Origin: Clostridia bacterium
GTDB lineage: Bacteria; Bacillota; Clostridia; Christensenellales; Borkfalkiaceae
Direction of reading: 5' to 3'
Assembly: GCA_029059705.1 (NCBI GenBank)
Contig: JAIDVM010000041.1
Span: 26,754 to 90,753, forward strand
DNA length: 64,000 bases
The translations under genes and the position numbers were made by a program. Of this stretch, positions 27,126-37,202 are shown piece by piece. The notes under the pieces are model-generated. The model worked only from the letters and a program-made list of their open reading frames with translations. It was not told where the DNA came from and did no database searches. The stretch's first letter is position 1. Each line of letters starts with the position of its first letter.

Positions 27126-28715
27126 TTATTCTCCGTCGGATTTTGTTTCAATTCCCGAATTTTCCTGTGCAGATTCGGAAATGTCGGTAAAAGTTTCCTC
27201 CTTCGCGTTGACAGAAGTCTTTTTCTTTGGTTTTAATCTACCTGACAGTTTTTTTATCACATTTAACACATACTTGTCCTTTAAACAAAGTAATACCACG
27301 AAATAAATTACCGCCCCCTCTAATATAAGCAAAAACGTAAAGAGCACCGTCGGCTTCATAACGGTTTGAGTAAAATAAACAGTCACAAACATTATTACGC
27401 CTGCAATTAAATATTTAATGCTTTGCTTCAATATTTTCAGAAAAGATATTTCCTTGCGCACAAGCACTATCATAATTACGGTAACAGTAAGCTCGGCAGC
27501 AATTGATGCGGCAACGGCACCATAGGACATTAAATATTTTATGCAAACTATATTTAACGCAAGGTTTACAACCGCACCTAAGACTATCGCTATTGTATAT
27601 TTTCCGTCCCTCTGCGTAGGCAATAAATACTGAAGCCCAAAAACGTTACTAAAACCGATAATTAAAATCAGTGGTGTAAACAGTTGAATTAAAAGAACGC
27701 ATTTATCGTAACCTTCGCCCAAAAACCAAGGAACCAGATTGCCGGCTATAGCCGCAAGCCCCAAAGCCAACGGCACACCCATAAACCAAACGAAATTGGT
27801 TGCACCGTAAACGTTTTCTTTTACTTTATCAAGATTGCCCGAAGCAAACTCATTTGAGTTGCGGGGTATCATAACCGTGCCCAATGCAGTAACAACCGTC
27901 ATACATACTTTTACGATTTTTTCCGCCTGCTCGTAATAGCCGTTTTCAAGGTCTGAAATTTTAGTAATTACCTCAACTCCATCCACTATATTCGATTCCG
28001 TACCTGTTACCAATAATCCAATAAGAGTCTTATCCAACACAGTATAAACAGAAATTGCTATGGTAGGTATAAATAACCGAATTGTTGGCATCACATGACG
28101 CAAAGGTTTTAAATCGTGAAATTTTACGCGACACAGCATTTTGAATAAATACGGCCACAGAGAAAGATTACCTAATAGAGTACTTCCCGCAAAACAAATA
28201 ACGTATATGTAAACATCCGACGGCTTTTTTACGAATAAAAATATGCAGACAACCGAAATAATCTTAACAATTACGTTTCTTATTGCAATCTTTGCAAATT
28301 CTTCGTTCCCTTGCAACAGAAAGGTTATATCAAATCCCTGAGCAACGATTAAAATTATCCACCACCACATAAGCGGCGAATATGCACCATATACCCCCGT
28401 TATGTTTAAAACTATATTTACTGCAAGGCTTAAACCGACCGAAAACAGACGGACAATTATAATTTCCCAAAATATTAAGCTTTGGGCGGATTTATCGTTC
28501 TGATAGTTGGCAATTTCTCTCTGCGCATAATAACCGAACCCCAACGCGGCAACTAATATAAAATAATTCGCGAGAGAATAAGTAAAGCTGTATTGCCCCG
28601 TTCCCTCAGGTCCCAATACTCTTGAAAGATACGGGGTTACTAAAATTGGAACTATAAGGACAAATATCTGATATATTAAGTTGTAAATATAATTTTTCTT
28701 TACGCTTTTTGACAT
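27126..28715 (-). CDS. wzx: Wzx-type polysaccharide flippase (MOP superfamily) with a hydrophilic C-terminal tail
   Basis: About 14 TMs. N-terminal pattern NYIYNLIYQIFVLIVPILVTPYLSRVLGPEGTGQYSF is typical of polysaccharide biosynthesis protein flippases. Confidence 0.8.
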   Translation of the reverse strand: MSKSVKKNYIYNLIYQIFVLIVPILVTPYLSRVLGPEGTGQYSFTYSLANYFILVAALGFGYYAQREIANYQNDKSAQSLIFWEIIIVRLFSVGLSLAVNIVLNITGVYGAYSPLMWWWIILIVAQGFDITFLLQGNEEFAKIAIRNVIVKIISVVCIFLFVKKPSDVYIYVICFAGSTLLGNLSLWPYLFKMLCRVKFHDLKPLRHVMPTIRLFIPTIAISVYTVLDKTLIGLLVTGTESNIVDGVEVITKISDLENGYYEQAEKIVKVCMTVVTALGTVMIPRNSNEFASGNLDKVKENVYGATNFVWFMGVPLALGLAAIAGNLVPWFLGEGYDKCVLLIQLFTPLILIIGFSNVFGLQYLLPTQRDGKYTIAIVLGAVVNLALNIVCIKYLMSYGAVAASIAAELTVTVIMIVLVRKEISFLKILKQSIKYLIAGVIMFVTVYFTQTVMKPTVLFTFLLILEGAVIYFVVLLCLKDKYVLNVIKKLSGRLKPKKKTSVNAKEETFTDISESAQENSGIETKSDGE

Positions 28716-28718
28716 GAC

Positions 28719-30023
28719 TTAAATCAACGCTTGTTTTGAACGCATTGAGCTTATTCTTATCGACTTATTTTTATTTTGAGAAGTCTTGTGATTCATAAGA
28801 AAAATTAAAATGAAATATGTTAAATAAGAATATGCTATAACTGTTATAGTAAATAAATACAAGAAAAAAACCACAAAGAAAAACTTATTGAAGTTTTTTT
28901 GTTTTATTCCATCACATAAGCCTTTAACAATACAACCAAAATACAAAATTCCACCATACAATCCTCTTCCTGAAAGAATCATCATAATTGAATTGCTAAA
29001 CCCTGTATTGTACAGGCGGAATGGGCTCATATAGCTTATTAAAGTCTGTTGATTTACTTCACCGCCACCCGTACCAAAAAAAATATTTTCTTGCCAAGCT
29101 TTATAACCAGCCACAAAATCATCCAATCGAATTGAACCAGAGTGAGAAGACAATTTTTCACTTAATAAATTAAAACCAACATATCCAACTATAACAACAC
29201 ATACCGGCACCAGAAATAATTTTAAAATATGAGCAGAATTACTTTTAGGCGTATATAATAACAACTTAATCCCAAACGCCATCAATATAAGAATGTATCC
29301 CGTCATAGAAAAAGTAGTTAAAATTGCAATAATAAAAATTAAAACTTTTTTCTTTGAAACTTTTTTACATAAAAATAATTCTATAATCAACGCTAACGAA
29401 AAATTCAAAGAAGCCATTGGCGCTTCCGTAAAAATCGCAGAATTTCTAATAATGTTATTAAAGCCAAAAATATCTATTTTTTGAGTTTCAAAATAAATGT
29501 AAAAGAAATTTGGTACTACCTTATATTCACCAGTATCGGACCAAGCAGAAAACACATTACCTGTTTGCGGTATTACACTGACAATAGAACACATTACCCA
29601 CATAAAAATTGAAACAAGTGCTATAAAACAAATCAAATTTCGAAATTTAAATAAGATAGCAGGTATATCGTAATCATTGCAACAAAAGAAATAATAAACT
29701 ATCAGTATGCAATTTATGACCAGCAAATATAAATCACCCACAATATTATTTGGTCTTAATAATATATAAAAACCACAATAGATAATAAAAAACGTTGCAA
29801 CAGTTATTCCTTTATTAATTCTATAAACTGATACTTTATTTTTGTATAAGAAACATCCCATAACTCCAACAATCATAAAAATTACCAAAAAATAATTAAT
29901 CAGGTTGTTTTCGTTTATGGGTAAATGAACATATATTGAGTTGGCATTTATAATAAACGTAACAGCCATCAGATATTCAAAAAAATCCAACAGTGTTAAT
30001 CGTCTCTTCATTGTTTTTTTCAA
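28719..30023 (-). CDS. Wzy-like oligosaccharide repeat-unit polymerase / O-antigen ligase-like membrane protein
   Basis: 434 aa, at least 10 TMs, very AT-rich, positioned between the flippase and glycosyltransferases. No sharp motif. TTG at 30023 or ATG at 30011. Confidence 0.55.
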   Translation of the reverse strand: MKKTMKRRLTLLDFFEYLMAVTFIINANSIYVHLPINENNLINYFLVIFMIVGVMGCFLYKNKVSVYRINKGITVATFFIIYCGFYILLRPNNIVGDLYLLVINCILIVYYFFCCNDYDIPAILFKFRNLICFIALVSIFMWVMCSIVSVIPQTGNVFSAWSDTGEYKVVPNFFYIYFETQKIDIFGFNNIIRNSAIFTEAPMASLNFSLALIIELFLCKKVSKKKVLIFIIAILTTFSMTGYILILMAFGIKLLLYTPKSNSAHILKLFLVPVCVVIVGYVGFNLLSEKLSSHSGSIRLDDFVAGYKAWQENIFFGTGGGEVNQQTLISYMSPFRLYNTGFSNSIMMILSGRGLYGGILYFGCIVKGLCDGIKQKNFNKFFFVVFFLYLFTITVIAYSYLTYFILIFLMNHKTSQNKNKSIRISSMRSKQALI

Positions 30024-30078
30024 TATAATTTACTCTTATTTTTTAATTTATAAACAATACTTAAAATAAACTTGAATA

Positions 30079-31029
30079 CTACTCATCAAACTGACGGTTG
30101 AACACTACAGGGTCAACAGTTTTCCCCGACAAGCCTTTTTTACCGTCGGCATATGCCTTTTTTAGCATTTCGATTCTGAGTTTTTTATATTTTTTCGGTA
30201 TACGCCTGAGGCGTGCTTTTACGGACATTTTAAAAAGTCTTGATTTAACATACATTTTACCCATGAATTTGCCAAATGAAGTGCTGTTGAATTCGTCCAC
30301 AAACATCACGCGGTTTCTGAACATATAATATGCCTTCCACCAAGCCTTATAGTTATTGTTGTTAGTGAGCAATACGTCTCTATGATTTATAACTGCTTCT
30401 TTAATTAAATATACATTTAACCCGTTACAAAAAATCCTGTGCGTATATTCCGTATCGTCGCCATAAATAAACAATCCCCCGTCGGGAAAACCAACCCTAT
30501 TTACAGCAGCTTTAGAAATGAGCGGACCAACAAAAGCATTTGCTTCTATTTTTGAGACTTCGGGAACTTTTTTATAATGCTTATAAACGGTTTTATCGGT
30601 GGAAGAGAATCTGACTATTTTTTTATGGTGATAGAGTTGGAAAGCCTGATTATCAACTCCGTATATTAGCGGAGTTAAGCAACCGATATCAGGTAAATCA
30701 CTATGCTTCAATAACTTTTCCAAACAGTTCTCTGACGGGAATGCGTCATCATCCATTATCCAATACCAATCAGGGGAGAACTTTTGCGCCGCATATCTCA
30801 TTCCTTTTTCAAAACCGCCTGCGCCCCCCAAATTTTCGCACATAAAAATAGCCTCTGCCGTTTCAGCCTCTTTTACAATAGTTTCTATTTTTTCTTTATG
30901 TTCGGTGCTACTGTTGTTATCAACAATAACTATTTTATCAACTTTGCGCGTCTGCTTTAATAATGCATCTACGCATCTTTTCAATAAATCCGAGCTATTA
31001 TAAGTTACCGTCACAACAACAACTTTCAT
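30079..31029 (-). CDS. Family 2 glycosyltransferase
   Basis: VVTVTYNS...IVIVDNNS... and DDD-containing GT-A core (WIMDDDAFP). Confidence 0.85.
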   Translation of the reverse strand: MKVVVVTVTYNSSDLLKRCVDALLKQTRKVDKIVIVDNNSSTEHKEKIETIVKEAETAEAIFMCENLGGAGGFEKGMRYAAQKFSPDWYWIMDDDAFPSENCLEKLLKHSDLPDIGCLTPLIYGVDNQAFQLYHHKKIVRFSSTDKTVYKHYKKVPEVSKIEANAFVGPLISKAAVNRVGFPDGGLFIYGDDTEYTHRIFCNGLNVYLIKEAVINHRDVLLTNNNNYKAWWKAYYMFRNRVMFVDEFNSTSFGKFMGKMYVKSRLFKMSVKARLRRIPKKYKKLRIEMLKKAYADGKKGLSGKTVDPVVFNRQFDE

Positions 31030-31045
31030 TTAAATACTCCTACCT

Positions 31046-32086
31046 CTAGTTAATTTCGTCCAACTCTTTGGAAATTTGTTCCGCTACATAGTTGGCAATA
31101 TGTTCAGGCATAAATTTTTTAGAAAATTCTGTAGCTTTTCTGCTTAAACAAATAATATCCCCGTCTGCAATGTCTTGCGATTTATTTAATGCTTTAATAA
31201 AGCTATTAATAGAATAATTATCCATATTAATGTTGAACGGTAAGTTTGAATATTCAGAACAAAAACATCCTATACCTAAGCACCCATAAAGGCAACTCGT
31301 TTTGAACGTTCCGTTCTTACTATCAATTTGCGGTTTAACCGGCAATAGACAAAAAGCGCATTTTTCCATAATTTCGCCGATTTCCGCATCAGAATAGCGA
31401 TAACAAAACCTAATATTATTATGCGATTCTTCAATCCCTTCAAACTTTGTTGCAGTCATAATATAAAGCGTATATTGCTTATTATTATTAAAATTATCCC
31501 ACGCAGTCAACATCTCATCAAATGCCTTTGCCGAATTGATTAATCCAAAATACGCGTAGTTATTTCTGCTTTTCAAATCAAAATTGATGTTACCATTCAG
31601 CTGAATATTGCTTGGAATATTGCGGATAAATATTTTTGGGTTATAAACACTTAATAATTCTTGTGTTCTTGAATCAGAAACGAACAGCGCGTCTGAATAT
31701 TTTACTATTCTTTTTATTACTAATTTTCTTAAAACATTTACTCTTTCGAATTCATGAATTGAAGCAAACAATTTAACATTAATTTTTTTTAATGCTATAT
31801 GCAACTTTCTAATTGCCGCTATGATAAACGGATTCCATTCAACAAAAGGATATTCAATAATTATGGCATCTACTTCGCGATTTTTTACGGCATATCTGGC
31901 TTTATGCAAAGCCTTAACCATGCCGAAATCAAAAACTTTTTTAATGGCGGACGAATCGCTTAAACAATTTGACGAGAATACTAAACCAGTAACATAATCA
32001 GGATAATTTTCATTCATAACTTTGGCAAAAGAACCGATTCCATCGTAATTTTGCCCATAATTATTACACACTATCGCTAAACGCAT
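31046..32086 (-). CDS. Divergent GT-B-like glycosyltransferase (function uncertain)
   Basis: Size, position and N-terminal MRLAIVCNNYGQNYDGIGSF resemble GT4-type enzymes. The canonical EX7E motif is not evident. Confidence 0.45.
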   Translation of the reverse strand: MRLAIVCNNYGQNYDGIGSFAKVMNENYPDYVTGLVFSSNCLSDSSAIKKVFDFGMVKALHKARYAVKNREVDAIIIEYPFVEWNPFIIAAIRKLHIALKKINVKLFASIHEFERVNVLRKLVIKRIVKYSDALFVSDSRTQELLSVYNPKIFIRNIPSNIQLNGNINFDLKSRNNYAYFGLINSAKAFDEMLTAWDNFNNNKQYTLYIMTATKFEGIEESHNNIRFCYRYSDAEIGEIMEKCAFCLLPVKPQIDSKNGTFKTSCLYGCLGIGCFCSEYSNLPFNINMDNYSINSFIKALNKSQDIADGDIICLSRKATEFSKKFMPEHIANYVAEQISKELDEIN

Positions 32087-32124
32087 AATTATAAACCCGC
32101 TGAAATTTTTACAACAATGAACTT

Positions 32125-34356
32125 TTAAATATTAACCACAAGCATTTTAAGCTTACCTTGCATTGTGATTTTTTGCTTACATGTGCAGAACCACGTATCC
32201 CCGATTTTTGTATTATAACTATTCACACCATCGGAAATTGTTCCGCTACCATGAATATTCACAAAAACTTGAAAACTGGATTCGGAAGAAGGCAAGGAAC
32301 ATTCGCCATCAACAAAATATTGATTTACCGTAAAATATTTACATTGTCCAATCAATCTTTTTACATAATTATTTTGCATTATGTCCTCATACATATCAGC
32401 CGGTTTAGGATTTGACGCTTTCATATTTAAAACGTCAATTGCCTTATCAATATGCAATTCTCTAAGCTGTCCGTTTTTGTCTTTTCTTCCGTAATCGTAT
32501 AATCTATAAGTTACGTTAGACGACTGCTGTATTTCACAAATAAAGCATCCCGCACCAATTGCATGAACTGTTCCCGCCTTAAGAAAATAAGTTTCGCCCT
32601 TTTTAACAAAAACCTTATTTAATATTTGCGTAAGCGTATTATTTTTAATTCTTTCCCTGATTTCATTTGCATTAACATCTTTATTAAATCCGTCATAAAT
32701 ATACGAATCTTCATCAGCATCAAGAATGTACCACATTTCATTTTTGCCAAATTCTTTTTCAACCGTCATTGCGTATTCGTCTGCAGGATGCACCTGAACC
32801 GAAAGATTGTCTTTGGCGTCTATAAACTTTACCATTAACGGAAGCTTGTCATAATTCTGCGCTTTCCAGCCAAGTTTTTCTTTACCGATTATATTGATGT
32901 ATTCGCTTAATTTTTTTCCTGTAAAATCGCCGCTGGCTATTTTAGATTCGCCTGCAGAATGTGCGGATAACTCCCAACTTTCGGCAATAATGTCCATTCC
33001 TCCTACATCTTTACCAAGACAATCGCGTATTTTAGTGCCCCCCCAAAGATTGTCTTTAAAAACAGGCTGGAGTTTAACCAAGTTATTTACATTCTCTGTT
33101 TTGTTCCTGACTGTTTTTATAGCCTTTTCAGTTACAATCATAATAAGCGGATACTTACTATGATTACTTATTACATATTTTTTACCGTCAGTAAGATTGA
33201 TATTATCATACAGCGTAAACTTTTTTTCTACATCATCATATTCAAGTAGCGCTCTTCCCTGAATTATAAAGAAATTTGCAACAATATTTTTCCTTAATTT
33301 ATATTCGTAATTTCTTTTAGGATATACAGTAAGAGTTTTTATTCTGCAATCGTTTGCCGACCCTATAAGTTCTTCCGTTCCCCACGTTTCATAAATTTTC
33401 GGCGAAAGATCAAAATAAGCTTTTTTCTGAGAACCGTATTTATTTAATATACTCTTAATATCGGCTTCATTCGTACTGTTAGTTACATAAATTGCATCTC
33501 TTGTATTAACTATTGCTACGTTCTTTAACCCGTTAGCAATAATCAACTGCTCTTTAACAGTATTAACTATTTCTACATTAGTCCCATTATTGTTTATTGT
33601 ATTAGTATTTTTTATAGCTTTATCATAATAGTTATAAAACGACGAGATATCCGTAATCCTCGTCCACTCAAAAGAAATATTTATAAGTCTGCACTTGTTA
33701 GTGACAACACATTTAATAAGACTTACAGGCGAAATTTTTTCTATATCTTCACATTCCAAAACATTGCGTTTCAAACTGATTGCAGAACACTGGTCAACAA
33801 GATTTTTATCAAAAGACTGCAAAAAAATCTTTGCTTTTGCGCCCCATATACCAGTATCCCACAAGGCTAATTTTGACGGTTTTGCCCCAAAAGTAGTTTT
33901 TTTGCCTTGTAAAACATAATTAAAACCGCTTCCAAAATTTTTGGGCTTACACACTAATGCAGCAAACTCGTCATTTTTTACACATTCCTTAAGTGCAGTT
34001 ATCGATGAATAATAATCGCCCTCAATTATACTGTCTGAAGGAACAATAAAAATTTCCTCATCCGGCTCACAATGTTGCAAATAAACTATAACAACCGGCG
34101 CCGTTTTTGCCATAATTTCTTCAAGGATAATAGTATAAGTTAAATCCTGAAAAACTGTAAGCTGTCCACGAACAACGTTCTCATAATGTTTATTGGTTAG
34201 TATTACAAACTCATCGCAAAAGGGAATATTACGCAGTATCGTATCTTGAAACATAGACCTGCCTTCCCTTATTTCCATAAATTGCTTAGGGTAATCCTTT
34301 CTGGAAAGAGGCCACAACCTTCCACTACTGCCACCGGCAAGCACTATACACTTCAT
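32125..34356 (-). CDS. Fusion protein: mannose-1-phosphate guanylyltransferase-like NTP-transferase + degenerate cupin + type I mannose-6-phosphate isomerase
   Basis: N-terminus has LAGGSSGRLWPLSRKDYPKQF. The middle cupin-like region lacks the His ligands. The C-terminal domain carries type I PMI motifs LSVQVHPADEYA, GKNEMWYIL, AGTVHAIGAG and YRLYDYGR. Confidence 0.8.
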   Translation of the reverse strand: MKCIVLAGGSSGRLWPLSRKDYPKQFMEIREGRSMFQDTILRNIPFCDEFVILTNKHYENVVRGQLTVFQDLTYTIILEEIMAKTAPVVIVYLQHCEPDEEIFIVPSDSIIEGDYYSSITALKECVKNDEFAALVCKPKNFGSGFNYVLQGKKTTFGAKPSKLALWDTGIWGAKAKIFLQSFDKNLVDQCSAISLKRNVLECEDIEKISPVSLIKCVVTNKCRLINISFEWTRITDISSFYNYYDKAIKNTNTINNNGTNVEIVNTVKEQLIIANGLKNVAIVNTRDAIYVTNSTNEADIKSILNKYGSQKKAYFDLSPKIYETWGTEELIGSANDCRIKTLTVYPKRNYEYKLRKNIVANFFIIQGRALLEYDDVEKKFTLYDNINLTDGKKYVISNHSKYPLIMIVTEKAIKTVRNKTENVNNLVKLQPVFKDNLWGGTKIRDCLGKDVGGMDIIAESWELSAHSAGESKIASGDFTGKKLSEYINIIGKEKLGWKAQNYDKLPLMVKFIDAKDNLSVQVHPADEYAMTVEKEFGKNEMWYILDADEDSYIYDGFNKDVNANEIRERIKNNTLTQILNKVFVKKGETYFLKAGTVHAIGAGCFICEIQQSSNVTYRLYDYGRKDKNGQLRELHIDKAIDVLNMKASNPKPADMYEDIMQNNYVKRLIGQCKYFTVNQYFVDGECSLPSSESSFQVFVNIHGSGTISDGVNSYNTKIGDTWFCTCKQKITMQGKLKMLVVNI

Positions 34357-34360
34357 AATA

Positions 34361-36127
34361 TTACTCCACCGTAGTTAGTTTCATTAAATCTTTTGCAATA
34401 TTATTTATACTGCTTTCCGCAACATCTTTGCTGTCGGCTCGAATTCCGAAATAGAACTTAATTTTTGGCTCAGTACCCGACGGGCGAACACAACACCAAC
34501 CATTGTTTTCTAATTCAATATAAAAAACGTTACTTTGGGGTAACCCTGTTTTAGTTTTTTCGCCACTAAGCTTATCCGTACGAATTCCGCAAGCGTAATC
34601 TCTTGTAGCAACTACCTTATTTCCGCCTAAAGAAACTGGCGGGTTATTTTTCAGCCCCCCCATCAATGCCATTATCTTTTTAACACCATTAATGCCTGTC
34701 AAGGTTATACTCTCTAAACCTTCAAGATAATATCCGTATTTTTTATAAATGTTCTGCATCTGGTCGCAAAGCGTCAACCCTTTTGATTTATAATAGGCCG
34801 CTGCTTCGCAGAGTGCCATAACTGCAGCAACCGCGTCCTTATCGCGCGCGTAGGCACCTATAAGGCAACCATAACTTTCCTCAAAGCCAAACAAATATTC
34901 AAACGCGCCTTTACTTTTATCAGGCACCCCGCCGTTTTGGCGTTTTGCTTCTTCAAAAAGTTTTATCTGCTCACCGATATATTTAAAGCCTGTAAGCGTT
35001 TCTTTAATCGTCAAACCATATTCCGCAGCAATATCATATGACATTTTTGACGAAACGATAGTCGTAATCAAAGCGCCGACACCGTCTTTCGGCAACAAGC
35101 CTTTTTCTGCTTTTTGGGAAAGCTCGTATTCGGCTATCAAAAGTCCGCTCATATTGCCTGTAAAAGGCATATATTCACCCGTCTTTGTATCTTTTGCGTA
35201 AATACCAAGCCTGTCGGCATCAGGGTCTGTGGCAAGCACAACATCAGCGTTTACTTTACGAGCAAGTGCAAGAGCATAGGTAAACGCTTTTTTATCTTCA
35301 GGGTTAGGATATTCAAGCGTAGGAAAATTACCGTCGGGGTTCTCTTGTTCAGGCACAACCCAAACATTATTAAAGCCCAACTCGTTCAGTATTCTACGAA
35401 CGAGAAGATTTCCAGCTCCGTTCAGCGGAGTATAAACGATTTTTATTTCTTTGGCATAATTTTCAAGAACACCTTTATTTAACACCAAATTTTTTAATGC
35501 AGCAATATATTTATCATCGATTTCTTTCCCGATTATCTGCAATGACCCGCTATTCTGCGCACTATCCTTTGATACACGCTTAATTTCCGAATAATCGACA
35601 ATACGGTTTATGCAAGAAATAATCAGATTATCGTAAGGCGCAACTATCTGACCACCGTCAGACCAGTAAACTTTATAGCCGTTATACTGCGGCGGATTGT
35701 GGCTAGCGGTTATTACTATACCCGCCGTTGCTTTTAACTCTCTCACAGCAAAAGACAGCTCTGGCGTAGGACGCAAACTTTCAAATAAATATGCTCTTAT
35801 ACCGTTTGCAACAAAAATAAGCGCAGAATCAAGTGCAAACTCATAAGACATTCTTCTGCTGTCATAGGCAATAACTACTCTTCCTTCATTGGTTTGACTG
35901 TTAATGAAATCTGCCAACCCTTGCGAAGCTTTTCCTATCGTATATATGTTCATACGGTTAGTACCGGCGCCGATTACACCACGCAAGCCACCAGTTCCAA
36001 ACGAAAGCTGTTTATAAAACCTGTCCTCAATTTCTTTTTCATTAGTTAACGCAAGCAATTCGTTTTTTGTTTCTTCGTCAAAAGTCTTGCTTGTGCACCA
36101 TTTCTCGTATTCTTTCCTGTAACTCAT
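34361..36127 (-). CDS. Phosphomannomutase / phosphoglucomutase (phospho-sugar mutase)
   Basis: Active-site TASHNPPQYNGYK, Mg loop DPDADR; 588 aa. Confidence 0.9.
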   Translation of the reverse strand: MSYRKEYEKWCTSKTFDEETKNELLALTNEKEIEDRFYKQLSFGTGGLRGVIGAGTNRMNIYTIGKASQGLADFINSQTNEGRVVIAYDSRRMSYEFALDSALIFVANGIRAYLFESLRPTPELSFAVRELKATAGIVITASHNPPQYNGYKVYWSDGGQIVAPYDNLIISCINRIVDYSEIKRVSKDSAQNSGSLQIIGKEIDDKYIAALKNLVLNKGVLENYAKEIKIVYTPLNGAGNLLVRRILNELGFNNVWVVPEQENPDGNFPTLEYPNPEDKKAFTYALALARKVNADVVLATDPDADRLGIYAKDTKTGEYMPFTGNMSGLLIAEYELSQKAEKGLLPKDGVGALITTIVSSKMSYDIAAEYGLTIKETLTGFKYIGEQIKLFEEAKRQNGGVPDKSKGAFEYLFGFEESYGCLIGAYARDKDAVAAVMALCEAAAYYKSKGLTLCDQMQNIYKKYGYYLEGLESITLTGINGVKKIMALMGGLKNNPPVSLGGNKVVATRDYACGIRTDKLSGEKTKTGLPQSNVFYIELENNGWCCVRPSGTEPKIKFYFGIRADSKDVAESSINNIAKDLMKLTTVE

Positions 36128-37191
36128 TACAGTAATTCCTCTCTACCCCTTGCTTTAAGTTCTTCAACGATTTTCTTGACATCCTGCGCCTTATCTTTTG
36201 CACATACCATAATCGCATCAGCTGTCTCAACTACTATAAGATTTTCTACTCCTATCGTTGCGATAAGCTTTCCACTCGAATAAATGATGGAATTTTTCGA
36301 ATTAACAGTTAATGCGTCACCGATTTTTATATTGCCGTCGATATCTTCTTTGTGGAGAACATTAAACATATCCCAACTTCCCACATCGTTCCAACCGAAG
36401 TCACCCGGCACAACCAAAATATCATCGCTCTTTTCCATTATGCCGTAGTCAACTGAAATAGCCGGAATTAAAGGATATAATTTTTCAATCTGCAAAGTCT
36501 CGTCTGATTGTCCGAAAGCCTTGGATATTTTTTCAAGATACAAGTAAACCTCGGGTAATAATTTTTTAAACTTTTCAAGAATAACCGATGCTTTCCATAC
36601 AAATATTCCACTGTTCCAAACATAATTGCCGCTTGTTAAATATTTTATTGCCGTTTTCTCATCAGGTTTTTCAACAAATTTTGTTACAGGCTTAGTTTTT
36701 GCAGAAACATTGGAATACTTAATATAACCATAACCCGTTGCAGGAAAAGTGGGCTGAATTCCTATAGTTATAAGCTTACCCGTACTTTCCGCCGCACCAA
36801 TTGCAATTTCCAAAACTTCAACAAAATTGTCCGCATTTTTAATGTAGGCATCCGACGGCGTAATTACCATAATTCCGTCGCCGTATTTTTTCAAGATTTC
36901 CATTGCCGCATAACCTATACATGCGGAAGTATTGCGCGCGGCGGGCTCGGAAAGTATATGATCAATTAATATTCTTTTGTCAACGATATCTAACATTGCT
37001 GCTTTTTGGCTTGAATTGGTGACTATAAAAATATCCTTAAAATCAGCAACACGAGCCAACCTTTCGATTGCCTCGTTTACCATAAAATCGTGCCCGCTTA
37101 GATTAAGTAACTGCTTGGGAGTTTGCTTTCTGGAAAGAGGCCAAAATCTCGTTCCACCGCCACCCGCCATAATTACGCCGTAAGTTTTCAT
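36127..37191 (-). CDS. manC: Mannose-1-phosphate guanylyltransferase (short form, no cupin)
   Basis: AGGGGTRFWPLSRKQTPKQLL signature; 354 aa. TAATG overlap with the mutase gene. Confidence 0.85.
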   Translation of the reverse strand: MKTYGVIMAGGGGTRFWPLSRKQTPKQLLNLSGHDFMVNEAIERLARVADFKDIFIVTNSSQKAAMLDIVDKRILIDHILSEPAARNTSACIGYAAMEILKKYGDGIMVITPSDAYIKNADNFVEVLEIAIGAAESTGKLITIGIQPTFPATGYGYIKYSNVSAKTKPVTKFVEKPDEKTAIKYLTSGNYVWNSGIFVWKASVILEKFKKLLPEVYLYLEKISKAFGQSDETLQIEKLYPLIPAISVDYGIMEKSDDILVVPGDFGWNDVGSWDMFNVLHKEDIDGNIKIGDALTVNSKNSIIYSSGKLIATIGVENLIVVETADAIMVCAKDKAQDVKKIVEELKARGREELL

Positions 37192-37202
37192 AACAGTAAA
37201 AT

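Noticed and set aside
31783-31790. A8/T8 homopolymer inside the divergent GT gene, plus several A7/T7 runs in wzy and the fusion gene, as possible slipped-strand phase-variation switches.
   Set aside because: Runs of 7-8 are expected by chance in DNA this AT-rich. All the genes are in frame here. Population or long-read data would be needed to show length variation.
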